From Octopus sinensis (Eukaryota), in contig NC_043025.1 in NCBI RefSeq assembly GCF_006345805.1, forward strand, positions 11,346,001-11,410,000: a stretch of 64,000 bases of DNA. Direction: 5' to 3'. Position numbers and translations under genes: made by a program. A model generated the notes under the pieces. That model was not told where the DNA came from. It saw only the letters and a program-made list of their open reading frames with translations, and did no database searches. How positions within the stretch are numbered: position 1 is the first letter of the stretch; each line of letters opens with the position of its first letter. Shown piece after piece: positions 10,888-24,443 of this stretch.

Positions 10888-11809
10888 GTATATATATATA
10901 TCTGTATGTGTGTGTGTGTGTGAGTGTCTGTGTCTGCCCCTCCCCCCAACATCGCTTGACAACCGATGCAGGTGTGTTTACGTCCCCGTAACTTAGCGGT
11001 TCGGCAAAAGAGACCGATAGAATAAGTACTAGGCTTACAAAGAATAAGTTCTGGGGGGTCGATTTGCTCGATTTTCTGAAAGTTCTGATCATCCAAAGTC
11101 GATGAGGGGTGCAGAAATCTGTACCCAAATTTCATGAAACACGTTTGATATCCAATGGGGATCTTTTTATGTGGGTCAACGATTCACTCAATTTCTTTTT
11201 TATCCAAATAACAACAGCCATACTCAGATTATAGAAGGGCGATGGATGTTTATCAAGAAGAAAGGTGACATCGTGGTGTTACACCTTTACTTGTTTCAGT
11301 CACTTGACTGCGGCCATGTTGGAGCACCACCGCCTTAAAAGGCCTTAGTCGAACGAAACGACCCCTTATTTTTGAAGCCTAGTACTTATTCTATTGTTTG
11401 TTTGTATTTTTGGGGGAGGGGCGCCGAACCGCTACAGAATTTTCTCAATAAAGCCAAGAGAAAAAGATGTTTTATAAACACATTCTACCAGAATACGAAG
11501 TTCAAAATTTTTTAGTTACATAGAAATTATTATAAAAAAACTGCCGTTCAAACCGAAAAGATCCAGTAAATAAAACACAAAATAAATAAATTTTTTGTAC
11601 ACAAAGTAAATAAAACACAAAAACACAAAGTAAGGATCGACTAGTCACGACTAGCTAGCACAGATGCACGCACCGGGACCACTCTTCTTAAGAAGTACCC
11701 TATTCTTATGCAGCTTGAAGAATTCTAATGCTAAATTAATATAAACGTTTCAAATTTGCCGGCAAAATTAGTTCAAGACCGTATCTTTATAATTTTATCT
11801 AAAGCTTAA

Positions 11810-13755
11810 TATTGTAGCAAAAATGAACAACAAGGACGAAATACCTATTAGTACTTAGTACAGTATTCTTAATAATGGCTAAACAATGCCTCAGCATTGA
11901 ATTCGCTAAGTGATTACAGAATTCTATGGGAATGTTTTGCCATATTTCATTGATATAATCGAATAATTGTTTTAGATTAGATGGGTTTTTTTGGCGTTCT
12001 TTCGTCTCTAGTAGACCTTTCCGTCGATTTCCGTAAAATTTTTTTTTTTTTTTTACATATGGGCTTGCGGGAACTTTTGAAGTAATATACATACATATAC
12101 ACATACACCAAGTAAAAAATTTCAGTTATCTCTTTCTTTCACACATTACTCTCTCTGTCTCTTCGCACACACTAACAGAAGCACTTCACTTACACAACAT
12201 ACTGTCTGTCTCCCACACCCCATCAAACACACATGTACATCAATGCTTCGGTAACTTCAAAAGAACTTCCCTCGTCATACAATCGTTTTCTCTTAGTCTC
12301 TTTCGCTCTCATTACTTCAAAAGTTCCCGCAAGCCCATACGTAAAAAAAAAAAAATTTTTTTACGGAAATCGACGGAAAGGTCTACTAGAGACGAAAGAT
12401 TGCCGGGTTTTTTTTTTTAGCATGGACTGTTTTGGAAACATAATTCCACAAGTTCTCGATCGGATTCGGATCCGGGCTCTGGGGAGACCATTCGATTACG
12501 TCAATATTATGGTGATCAAAAAATTCCATAACCTTTCTGGCTTTGTGCACAGGACTATTGTCCTACTGATAAATAGTACCCCCGGAGGCATTTGGTGAGT
12601 CAAATATGACACAACATTGTCCTTTAGTACATTCATATAGCCTACACTCTCTTTACTCTTTTACTCGTTTCAGTCATGTGACTGTGGCCATGCTGGAGCA
12701 CCACCTTTAGTCGATCAAATCGACCCCAGGACTTATTCTTTGTAACCCTAGTACTTATTTTATCGGCCTCTTTTTTGCCCAACCACTAAGTTAGGGGGAC
12801 GTAAATACACCAGCATCGGTTGTCAAGCGATGTTGGGGGGGGGGACAAACACAGACACGCACTTACATATATATATATATATACATATATACGACAGGCT
12901 TCTTTCAGTTTCCGTCTACCAAATCCACTCACAAGGCTTTGGTCGGCCCGAGGCTATAGTAGAAGACACTTGCCCAAGGTGCCACGCAGTGGGACTGAAC
13001 CTAGAACCATGTAGTTCGTAAGCAAGCTACTTACTTACTTCCATCAACTTTAACTAGAGGGCCAACACCAAAGCTACTAAATGCCACCCATACCATCACA
13101 CCCCCGCTTGCGTCATCTTTTTCATGCATTTCAGATGGGATTCCTCGGTTGGGTGACGTCTGACGTTTATTTCTTACCATCTGATCCAAATATACAGAAG
13201 CGTGATTCGTCACTCCAAAGGACCCTGCACCAATCTTCGGCAGTCCATAGAGCATGGCTTTTTTTCCGAAATTAAGGCCTTTGAGTCGATTTCTTTCGGA
13301 TAGTATTGGCTTTTTCCTAGCGATTCGTCCATGTAGTCCAAATTCTCTCAAACGGTTGTGGACGGTTTGTGGTGTAAAAATAACACCATTCTCGTTGGAC
13401 AATTGTTTACAAATGTCAACGGCTGTCAGCATTCGGTTGCCTTCCGAAAGTCGGTGGATTCGACGGTCCAACTGAACCGTCGTTTTTCTTGGGGCACCAG
13501 TCCTTTGCCTATCTTTATATTGACCAGTCTCCGAGTATAACTTCCATGCTTGCACGCAAGCCATTAGTTGCTTGCTGATGTTCGAAAAGGAAACTTTATG
13601 CTGGTGGAATAATACGATTTTTGCTCCCGTGACTGGACTGAGGCTACGTTGTTTTCCTATAATTAATTAATTTAATAACGTTAAATTATAACACTATATA
13701 ATGTAATTAGGCTAGCTGTTTGACCACCCATTTTGGCAAAAAAAAAAATTGTATA
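11810..13755 (-). mobile_element. Degenerate Tc1 (DD34E) transposon interrupted by a MITE and a SINE
   Basis: N-terminal part 13031-13564 (HTH, GRIARKKP..., SGGVMVW), DNSPVH-x-WSPQSPDPNPIE with 34 residues between D and E (12420-12570), and C-terminal NPSNLKQL...W..IP...C..L..SM (11860-11990). Stops and frameshifts are present. An ~80-bp inverted repeat flanks it (11701-11785 / 13760-13846). Confidence 0.88.
11993..12404. mobile_element. MITE with ~85-bp TIRs (GGCAATCTTTCGTCTCTAGTAGACC...) inserted into the Tc1 ORF
   Basis: The arms 11993-12085 and 12310-12404 are reverse complements, with a flanking duplication GGGTTTTT(TT) of 8-10 bp. Confidence 0.85.
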
Positions 13756-14894
13756 TATATTACATGATCTTAAGCTAATTTTGCCGGTAAATTTGAAACG
13801 TTTATATTAATTTAGCTTTAGAATTCTTCAAGTTGTATAAAAATAGTTATTGTCTGCATCATTCGTAAGAGATATAAATTCTGCATAAGGTGTAAAAGAT
13901 ACAAAATAATTTGTATGGTGTTAGTAACAAAATATTTTGTAAGAAATAGAACTTTTATTATCAATCTTAAATTTATTTTCGCCAGTGTATATAGACCGAC
14001 TTCGGAGTTAGGAAGCACCAACAAGTTGGAATTTCTCCGTTTTGACGGAGATTTTTCAGATTTCTTCTCACAGTGCCTCTCTAGAGCGATTGTGGCCAAT
14101 TTTGTGGGCACCATGCACTCAAAATCCAAGCATAACTACAGATTTCTGCACTCCTCATCGACATTGGATGATTATAACTTTCAGAAAAATGGATATTTTA
14201 AAATGAAATTTTCTACGAATACGTGTTATATCATGTAGATTCCGAATATACAAACTTTTTTTTGGAAAAGGAAGGATACACACGAACGAAGTCCCATGAA
14301 GTTTTTATTCTTTCTAAATGAAGAACACATCATCATCATCATTTAGCGTCCGCTTTCCATGCTAGCATGGGTTAGACGGTTCAACTGGGGTCTGTGAAAC
14401 CAGAAGGCTGCATCAGGCCCAGTCTGATCTGGCAGTGTTTCTACGGCTGGATGCCCTTCCTAACGCCAACCACTCCGTGAGTGTAGTGGGTGCTTTTTAC
14501 GTGCCATCTGCACGGGTGCCAGACGGAGCTGGCAAATGGCCACGGACGGATGGTGCTTTTTACGTGCCACCGGCACAGGGGCCAGGCGAGTGTGGAAACG
14601 GCCACGGACGGATGGTGCTTTTTACGTGCCACCGGCACGGAGGCCAGTCAGGGCAGCGCTGGCAACGGCCACGATCAGATGGTTCGCTTACTTGTCACCG
14701 GCACTGGTATCATAGCTGCAATTTCCATTGATGTTGATCGACTTCGATTTTGGTTCAGCTTTCTGATATCTGATTTGATTATTTTGATTTTGATTTTCAC
14801 TTGCCTCAACATTGTGTTTGCTTCTATCAGAACCGTTTACCTTTGTTTTTTTCTTCTTTGTTGTAGTGTTACCATCTTGCAGAAAGAAGTCACT

Positions 14895-14923
14895 ATGGAC
14901 ATTTTCAAGTTTAGATCTGAGAG
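14895..14923 (+). CDS. HFM1: HFM1/MER3 putative first coding exon (MDIFKFRSE-R)
   Basis: Acceptors at 14866 or 14882, ATG at 14895, donor AG|GTATGG. Phase 2 matches the next exon. Confidence 0.55.
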
Positions 14924-17634
14924 GTATGGTTTCAATTCTCAGTCAGAGCATCATTTGAATGGATGGGTGGGCGGGTGGGTGGGGGTTGTCTTTGGCTTTA
15001 GGAAAGGCATCCGACCGTAGAAACCATGCCAGAACTGACAACAAGCCTGGTGCGGCCCCGGACCTTTACCGGCTCCTGTCAAACTGTCCAATCCATACCA
15101 GCATCGAAGACAGGCGTTAAATGATGATGATGTCAACATTTTCAGTATTGTACATAACTGATTTATTATTACTAGCAGGACCCATGAATATTTCATGGAA
15201 TTAATAGTAAACCTATTGGGTTATTTCTGAAAACTCTCTACTTGTTTCAGTCATTTGACTGTGGCCATGCTGGAACACCGCTTTTAGTCAAACAAATTGA
15301 CCCCAGGACTTATTTTTTGTAAGCCTAGTACTTATTCTATCGGTCTCTTTTGCCAAACCACTAAGTTATGGGGACGTAAATACACCAGCTTCGGTTGTCA
15401 AGCAATGTTGGGGGGACAAACACAGACACACAAACATATGCACACACACATATATATACATATATACGACGGGCTTCTTTCAGTTTCCGTCTACAAATCC
15501 ACTCAAGGCTTTGGTCGACCCGAGGCTATAGTAGAAGACACTTGCCCAAGGGCACGCAGTGGGACTGAACCCGGAAACATTGGTTGGTAAACAAGCTACT
15601 TACCACACAGCCACTCCTGCGCCTATATACATATATACGACGGGCTTCTTTCAATTTCCGTCTACCAAATCCACTCACAAGGCTTTGGTCGGCCCGAGGC
15701 CATAGTAGAAGACACTTGCCCAAGGTGCCACGCAGTGGAACTGAACCCGGAACCATGTGGTTGGTAAACAAGCTACTTACCACACAGCCACCTCATCAGT
15801 ATCAATTTTCTGTTTTTTCAGTTCCACCCCAGACATTCTTCTTGTCTTCGTGTGTAACATGATTTTTGTCCTTGGGTAGTCCCTGTTATTTCTTATTTGT
15901 TTACTCCTCTAAAGTATGAAAAATTGGCTAATTTTCCCGTGTAACTTTGCTTTTGTTACATTTATTCAAACCCCAAAGAATCTCTCTCAACACATGGCTA
16001 TGATGCTCCCTCACTACCCTTGCTCATCATCAAAAATGCACATATTTTCAGCCACTAAGGTCTAGCAACTGGTTAGCAAATCCGTGGTGTTGAGCAGAAT
16101 ATTTACTATAATGATATTTCTGCTTCAGTGGAGGCGCAATGGCCCAGTGGTTAGGGCAGCGGACTCGCGGTCGTAGGATGGCAGTTTCGATTCCCAGACC
16201 GGGCGTTGTGAGTGTTTATTGAGCGAAAACATCTAAAGCTCCACGAGGCTCCGGCAGGGGATGGTGGTGATCCCTGCTGTACTCTTTCACCACAACTTTC
16301 TCTCACTCTTACTTCCTGTTTCTGTTGTACCTGTATTTCAAAGGGCCGGCCTTGTCACTCTCTGTGTCACGTTGAATATCCCCGAGAACTACGTTAAGGG
16401 TACACGTGTCTGTGGAGTGCTCAGCCACTTACACGTTAATTTCACGAGCAGGCTGTTCCGTTGATTCGGATCAACCGGAACCCTCATCGTCGTAACCATC
16501 CATAGCCTCTTCAGGGAATGCCATTCTTCCTAAAGGTCTTCAAACTCAAAGAAGTGATGTTTATCATAGGCTTGGATATCCTAGGTATATAATATTGTTA
16601 ATATCATATATACCTGGGTGCTCTTGCTGACATCAAACCTTATGTTCGTCCACGTCATATTTTCTCTTATCCCTTACTTTGAAGCCCAAGAAAGACACTT
16701 CGACAATTTTTGTACCTGTATTTCAAAGGGCCAGCCTTGTCACTCTCTGTGTCACGCTGAATATCCCCGAGAACTACGTTAAGGGTACACGTGTCTGTGG
16801 AGTGCTCAGCCACTTACACGTTAATTTCACGAGCAGGCTGTTCTGTTGATCGGATCAACCGGAACCCTCATCGTCGTAACCGACAGAGTGCTTCCATTTC
16901 TGCTTCAGCAGCTCAGTGCTGAATCGGTCTGAAATGTAATGGTTTGAAAACATTAATGTCCAGGTGACAAAAGCAAAATTTGAAGGGAGTAGTAGTGATT
17001 TCCTTTAAAATAAAATAAAATAGACAAAAAAATAATAATAATCATCATCATCATTTAACGTCCGCTTTCCATGCTAGCATAGGTTGGACGGTTCAACTGG
17101 GGTCTGGGGAGCCCGAAGGCTGCACCAGGCCAGTCAGATCTGGCAGTGTTTCTATAGCTGGATGCCCTTCCTAATGCTAACCACTCCGAGAGTGTAGTGG
17201 GTGATTTTATGTGCCACCGACACAGGTGCCAGACGAGGCTGGTGAACGGCCACGCTCGGATGGTGTTCTTTATGTGCCACCGACACAGGTGCCAGACGAG
17301 GCTGGCAGACGGCCACGCTCGGATGGTGTTTTTATGTGCCACCGACACAGGTGGCAGACGGCCACGCTCGGATGGTGTTTTTATGTGCCACCGATACAGG
17401 TGCCAGATGAGGCTGGCAAACGGCCACGATCGGATGGTGTTTGTTACGTGCCCACAGCACGGAGGCCAGTCGATGCGGTACTGGCTATGGCCACGTTCGG
17501 ATGGTTCTGTTGTGTGCCACCGGCACTGGTACCACAAAGATACAAATTCCATTGATGTTCATCTATTTTGATTTGTATAATAATAAAAATTTTGTTACGC
17601 AGTATTACTTTTGTGAGCATTGTTATCTTTTAAG

Positions 17635-17888
17635 GTGTGAATTCTCAACAAAAGATGCAGAGAAGCAGAGCACGATTCCAGTTGCACCATCCATCGATGA
17701 CCTGTTCAAGTTGGATTCTGTGAACAATGAAGACTTCAATTTTAAAATCTCTCAGATGTCCTTACCATCGTTGAGCCAGGTTAAAAATACCCAAGTTAAA
17801 AAACCTCAATTTAAAAAGAGTCAAGTTAAAACTCCTAAGACTACCCAAGCTAAAAATTCCCAGAGTTATCAGCCTAAAAAGCCTCGTG
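17635..17888 (+). CDS. HFM1: HFM1 exon, N-terminal disordered region
   Basis: TTTTAAG| acceptor, G|GTAAAT donor. The 254 nt are open (CEFSTKDAEKQ...QPKKPR), phase 2 to 1. Confidence 0.65.
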
Positions 17889-18316
17889 GTAAATATACTC
17901 TATCATATATATATATATGTGTGTGTATATTATTATTTTTTTTTTTTTTCTTACTTGTTTCAGTCATTTGACTGCAGCCATGCTGGAGCACCGCCTTTTA
18001 GTCGAGCAAATCGACCCCAGGACTTATTCTTTGTAAGCCCACTACTTATTCTATTGGTTCTCTTTTGCCAAACCGCTAAGTGACGGGGACATAAACACAC
18101 CAGCATCGGTTGTCAAGCAATGCTAGGGGGACAAACACAGACACACACACACACACACACATATATATATTTTTTTTTTTTTTTGAGCAACTTGTTGCAA
18201 TTAACCCTTAATTATAATTATTATAACCCTTACCAAATATGGTCTTTTCCATACCGATAAATCTACTAGGTTGAAATTTATTAATTTTATTAAATTAATT
18301 ATATTCCACCCTTTTT

Positions 18317-18366
<50 letters not shown>

Positions 18367-18557
18367 CATACATACATACATACATACACATATATGACAG
18401 GCTTCTTTCAGTTTCCGCCTACCAAATCCACTCAGAAGGCATTGGTCGGCCCGGGGCTATAGCAGAAGACACTCGCCCGAGGTGCCACGCAGTGGGACTG
18501 AACCCGGAACCATGTGGCTAGTTAGCAAGCTACTTACCAACAGCCACTCCTCCGCCT

Positions 18558-18603
<46 letters not shown>

Positions 18604-18898
18604 GAGTGTATTTTTACCTTGTTAACAATTAACACGGAAAAAAATAAATAAATAGTTACCAGTGAATAGTATCAGTGGAGTTTTCGAAACATGTGTCGAA
18701 AGTAAAAAATATTTGATTACACCTGCGTTAACTCCATTTTTTATTCATATATATATATATATATTTATTTATTTATTCAGACATAGTGTATCTAGGACTA
18801 TATTATCTAATGTGTCTTGCTAGTTGCTACTGTTTTCTTGTTGCTACATTCATTAATTTCATCCTGATTAATTAAATAAACCAATCTTTCTTTTGTAG

Positions 18899-18923
18899 AC
18901 GTTGCATCAAAGAAAGACGAGAT
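18899..18923 (+). CDS. HFM1: HFM1 25-nt microexon (DVASKKDE-I)
   Basis: TTTCTTTTGTAG| and |GTAAGT. It supplies exactly the phase 1 to 2 bridge needed between the flanking exons. Confidence 0.65.
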
Positions 18924-20089
18924 GTAAGTATACTTTCTGCTTCATATTTCATCCTCTTGTTAGATAGGGCACATGTAGCAATGTGTGAGTGCATGTGTGT
19001 TTGTATGCATGTATATGTGTAGATTTGTGTAAGTGACTTTCTGTATTCGTATACTCTCTCTTTTACTCTTTTACTTGTTTCAGTTATTTGACTGCGGCCA
19101 TGCTGGAGCACCGCCTTTAATCGAGCAACTCGACCCCGGGACTTATTCTTTGTAAGCCCAGTACTTATTCTATCGGTCTCTTTTGCCGAACCGCTAAGTG
19201 ACGGGGATATAAACACACCAGCATCGGTTGTCGAGCAATGCTAGGGGGACAAACACAGACACACAAACACACACACACATACATACATATATATATACAT
19301 ATATACGACGGGCTTCTTTCAGTTTCCGTCTACCAAATCCACTCACAAGGCTTTGGTCGGCCCGAGGCTATAGAAGAAGACACTTGCCCAAGGTGCCACG
19401 CAATGGGACTAAACCCAGGAACCATGTGGTTGGTTAGCAAGCTACTTACCACACAGCCACTCCTGCGCCTATGTGTGTATTTGTGCATATGTAAGTTTGT
19501 ATATGTGTGTGGTTATATAGGCATATGTGTGTATGTGTATGCATGTGTATTAGTATATATGTGCATTCTTTTTAATCTTTTGTTTGTCATTAGACTGCGG
19601 CCATGCTGGGGCACTACCTTGAGGAATTTTAGTTGAACTAATTGACCCCAGTACTTATTTTGAAGCATGGTATTTACTCTATCGGTCGTTTTTGCTGAAC
19701 TGCTAGGTTACGGGGATGTAAACACACCATCACCAGTTGTCAATCAGTGGTGGGGGACAAACACTGACATAAAAACAGACACACACACATATATATATAT
19801 ATTATATCGGGTCATCCCATAAATAATGCAGTTATTTCAATTGCATCACCTAAAAGTTGGAGAGGGATGGGATAAATTGCCCCCCTGTCTGGCACCTGTG
19901 CGGGTGGCACGTAAAAAGCACCCACTACACTCACGGAGTGGTTGGCGTTAGGAAGAGCATCCAGCCGTAGAAACACTGCCAGATTTGACTGGGCCTGATG
20001 AAGCCTTCTGGCTTCACAGACCCCAGTAGAACCGTCCAACCCATGCTAGCATGGAAAACAGACGCTAAACGATGATGATGATGATGATG

Positions 20090-20790
20090 ATCAACATGGT
20101 ATAAAAGCAGGTAGTGATTTTACCTTGTACATATTCTTAGTGCAAGTTTTGAAGAGTGCAGTTCGATTTTTAACAGTTATTTTTTTAAAGCTATAATGGA
20201 AGTGACAAAGGTGCATATTTGACATATTTTGCTTTTTGAGTTCAATAAAGGCAACAACACAACGGAAAGTGTGAGGAATATTAATGCAGTATATGGGGAT
20301 TGGACAATAAGTGTATGCCAGTGTCAACGGTGGTTCCAGAAATTCTGTGCTGGAAACTACAGCCTAGAAGACGAGTCTCGTCCTTGAAGATCTATAGAAC
20401 TTGATGAGGATATCCTGCAAACTCTGGAACAAAATCCCATCATATCTGTGGAACCAGCAGAGAAACTTGGATTTGGTCATTCAATCATTCATCAACACCT
20501 GTGTGCCACTGGAAAAGTCAGCAAATTGGGTCAATGGGTTTCTCACAAATTTTCCGATTTTAATCACACACAAAGAGTGAATGTGTGCTCTTTTTTGCTG
20601 TCATGTCTCACAAATGAACCTTTTGTGGACTGAATAGTGACTGGTAATGAGAAATGGGTTCTATATAAAAATGTGAAGTGCTGAAGACAGTGGGTAGGGA
20701 AAGGAGCAACCCCGGCATCCCAGGCTAAAAGGTAAGATGTTATCTGTTTGGTGGGGTATGACAGGTTTAGTCCACTTTGAACATATACCA
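20090..20790 (+). mobile_element. Decayed mariner transposase fragment
   Basis: WFQKF...SLEDESRP, WVSHKF (WVPHEL motif), IVTGNEKW, MLSVWW; many stops. Confidence 0.85.
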
Positions 20791-21350
20791 AAACGAATTT
20801 CCGTGTGTCAGTGTGTCACACTTTGACCCCGCTCTCTCATTTTTCAATGACACTTCTTCTACTAACTAGTAGAAGAAATGTCATTGAAAAATGAGAGAGG
20901 GGGGTCAAAGTGTGACACACTGACACACAGAAATAGGCATAGAGTGACATGGTAGTAGATTGACAGTTGAAAGGGTAATGGGGTGATAGTAATAGTATGA
21001 GCTGTAGTTGTGATAGAGATGGAGGCGACAGTGATGGTGGTGGTTCGGGTGGTAGCTGAGGCAGTCAAGCGTGACAGTGATAGTAAAGGATGTGAAAGAC
21101 AGTGGTGATGGTGGTGGAGGGGAAGGCAGCAATGTCAAAGGTGTTGGTGCTGGCGGCAGCAGTCACAATAGTGTGTATATGCCAGTTGTGATGGTGATGG
21201 TTGAAAACAATCAACAGAGGTAGAGAGAGAAAGAAATAGGTTAGCTAGAAAAGAAAAATTGTATTTACCCCACCCCACTAAATGGAAGTCAAAAAAATGT
21301 TGTTTATCATGAAGCTTTCCAATAAGTTTACAGTCGGACATATATATATA

Positions 21351-21732
21351 CTAGCAGTATCGCCCATCGTTGCTCGGGTTTGTAAGGGAAATAACTATAT
21401 AAGCATTTTTAGAGAATTATAGCCAAAAAATAGCAAAAAAAATGCATTAAAAATGGGGAAAAAATGATGGTAAATTTTTGTTAAAAAATCGTTGACTCAT
21501 CGTAGACATTTTTAGAGAGTTACTTCCCTTATATAATAGCGAAAAAAAATGCATTAAAATGGAAAAAAATGATGGTAAATTTTTTTTAAATCGTAGACTC
21601 ATCGTAGACGCGCGCTAATACCCACGACTATAAGATACTCGCTTTTGGTTAAACTGCACCAAAAAATGTGGGAGTAGTTAGGAATCTAAATTGTAGGGGA
21701 CAGACACACAACCTTACTTTTATATATAAAGA
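21351..21732 (-). mobile_element. Non-autonomous Helitron
   Basis: 5'-TC...subterminal hairpin...CTAG-3' inserted between A and T. An inverted sister copy is at 22180-22574 (+); related copies at 30431-30810 and 41230-41452, and another Helitron-like 3' hairpin at 54320-54360. Confidence 0.8.
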
Positions 21733-22179
21733 TTATAAGGTGGCGAGCTGGCAGAAACGTTAGCACGCCGGGCGAAATGCGTAGCCGTATTTCGTCTGTC
21801 GTTACGTTCTGAGTTCAAATTCCGCCGACGTCGACTTTGCCTTTCATCCTTTCGGGGGCGATAAATTAAGTACCAGTTACGCACTGGGGTCGATGTAATC
21901 GACTTGATCCCTTTGTCTGTCCTTATTTGTCCCCTCTGTGTTTAGCCCATTGTGGGTAGTAAAGAAATAGAAATAGGTATTTCGTCTACCGTTACGTTGT
22001 GAGTTCAAATTCCGCTGAGGTAGACTTTGCCTTTCATCCTTTTGGGGTCGATAAATTAAGTACCAGTTACGCACTGGGGTCGATGTAATCGACTTAATCC
22101 CTTTGTCTGTCCTTGTTTGTCCCATCTGTGTTTAGCCCCCTGTGGGTAGTAATGAAATACATATAATATATATGATATA

Positions 22180-22574
22180 TCTTTATATATAAAAGTAAAG
22201 TTGTGTGTCTGTCTCCTACGATTTAGATTCCTAACTACTCCCACATTTAGCGGTGCAGTTTAACCAAAAGCGAGTATCTTATAGTCGTGATTCATATTGA
22301 GCCCTTCTGGGTATTAGCGCGTGTCTACGATGAGTCTACGATTTTAAAAATAATTTACCATAATTTTTTCCATTTTAATGCATTTTTTTCGCTATTATAT
22401 AAGGGAAGTAACTCTCTAAAAATGTCTACGATGAGTCAACGATTTAAAAAAAATTTACCATAATTTTTTTTCCATTTTAATGCATTTTTTGCTACTTTTT
22501 GGCTATAACTCTCTAAAAATGCTTATATAGTTATTTCCCTTACAAACCCGAGCAACGCCGGGTGATACTGCTAG
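22180..22574 (+). mobile_element. Non-autonomous Helitron
   Basis: A|TCTTTATATATAAAAG...CCCGAGCAACGCCGGGTGATACTGCTAG|T. Confidence 0.8.
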
Positions 22575-23059
22575 TTATATATAAAACAATGATATATTAT
22601 ATCATTGTTTTGATGAAAATTGTTCAAGTTTAATAAAATTTAATGTTTTCTCAATGCATGAAGTGTCATTGTTGGGCTCAAGGCCCAATGCAGAGCCCTC
22701 CACAGGAGCTAGCTTAAAGGCTGGTTTTTAAGCTTGTGATAAATATTTCAATACACTTGTCCTGACTCTTATATTACGGCCACTACTGTATATAGTGAGT
22801 GTGTGTAGAATTTGATATTTATGTATTACATTTTAAACTTTTGATGTATACTCTATTACTTGTTTCAGTCATTTGATTGCAGCCATGCTGGAGCACCGCC
22901 TTTAGTCGAGCAAATCGACCCCAGGACTTGTTCTTTGTAAGCTTAGTACTTATTCTATCGGTTGCTTTTGCCGAACTGTTGTGTTACGGGGACGTAAACA
23001 CACCAGCATCGGTTGTTAAGCGATGTTGAGTTGGGGGACAAACAGACACACAAACATAT

Positions 23060-23090
<31 letters not shown>

Positions 23091-24304
23091 GACATAGGCG
23101 CAGGAGTGGCTGCGTGGTAAGTAGCTTGTCTACCAACCACATGGTTCCAGGTTCAGTCCCACTGCGTGGCACCCTGGGCAAGTGTCTTCTACTATAGCCA
23201 TGGGCCGACCAAAGCCTTGTGAGTGGATTTGGTAGACGGAAACTGAAAGAAGCCTGTCGTATATATGTATATATGTATATATATATATATATATATGCGT
23301 GTGTGTGTTTGTGTGCCTGTGTTTGTCCCCTAGCATTGCTTGACAACCGATGCTGGTGTGTTTATGTCCCTGTTACTTAGCGGTTCTGCAAAAGAGAGCC
23401 CGATAGAATAAGTACTGGGCTTACAAAAGAATAAGTCCCGGTGTCGAGTTGTCGATTAAAAGGCGGTGCTCCAGCATGGCCACAGTCAAATGACTGAAAC
23501 AAGTAAAAAAAAGTATGTATATAACGGGCTTCTTTCAGTTTCCGTCTACCAAATCCACTCACAGTGCTTTGGTCGGCCTGAGGCTATAGCAGAAGACACT
23601 TGCCCATGGTGTTACACAGTGGGAATGAACCCGGAACCATGTGGTTGGTAAGCAAGCTACTTTCCACACAGCCACTCCTGTGCCTGTATGTGTGGAATTT
23701 ATTAATAACTTTACAGCAGACATGCACTACTTACCCTGTTCAAAGACCATAACAACTTTGTTAGATAAGGAGGTAGATATAACTACCTCTTCTCTGGCAA
23801 TATTCATAACACACAACCCCCTTTTTTTTTTTACCTGCTATCTTTTACTTATTTCAGTCATTTGACTGTGGCCATGCTGGGGCACCACCTCCGTGGGGTT
23901 TTAGTTGAACAGATCAACCCCAGGATTTCTGTTTTAAGCCTAATATTTATTCTACAGGTGTCTTTTGCTGAACTGGCAAGTTATGAGGATGTAAACACAC
24001 CAACACTGGTTGTCAAGCAGTGGTGAGGGGGCAGGCACAAACACGAGCGTACGCACACAGATATATTCATATATATATATCTCCTAATATAATGAGTGTA
24101 GTGTTTTTATATATTTGTGTATATATGTGTGTGTTTGTGTGTGTATATATATTTGTGTGTGTGTATATATGTGTGTGTGTGTATATATGTGTGTGTGTGT
24201 ATATGTGTGCGTATATATATATATGTGTGCGTATATATATATATGTGTGCGTATATATATATATATATGTGTGCGTATATATATATATATATGTGTGCGT
24301 TATA

Positions 24305-24404
24305 NNNNNNNNNNNNNNNNNNNNNNNNNNNNNNNNNNNNNNNNNNNNNNNNNNNNNNNNNNNNNNNNNNNNNNNNNNNNNNNNNNNNNNNNNNNNNNNN
24401 NNNN
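24305..24404. other. Assembly gap (100 N) inside a (TA)/(TG) microsatellite
   Basis: Run of exactly 100 N. Confidence 0.99.
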
Positions 24405-24412
24405 TATATATA

Positions 24413-24443
<31 letters not shown>

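Noticed and set aside
18600-18770. TA-flanked segment with TTTTCGAAACATGTGTCGAAAG resembling a hammerhead 3' half
   Set aside because: No recognisable CUGANGA core at the expected position; possibly a decayed relative, but unsupported.
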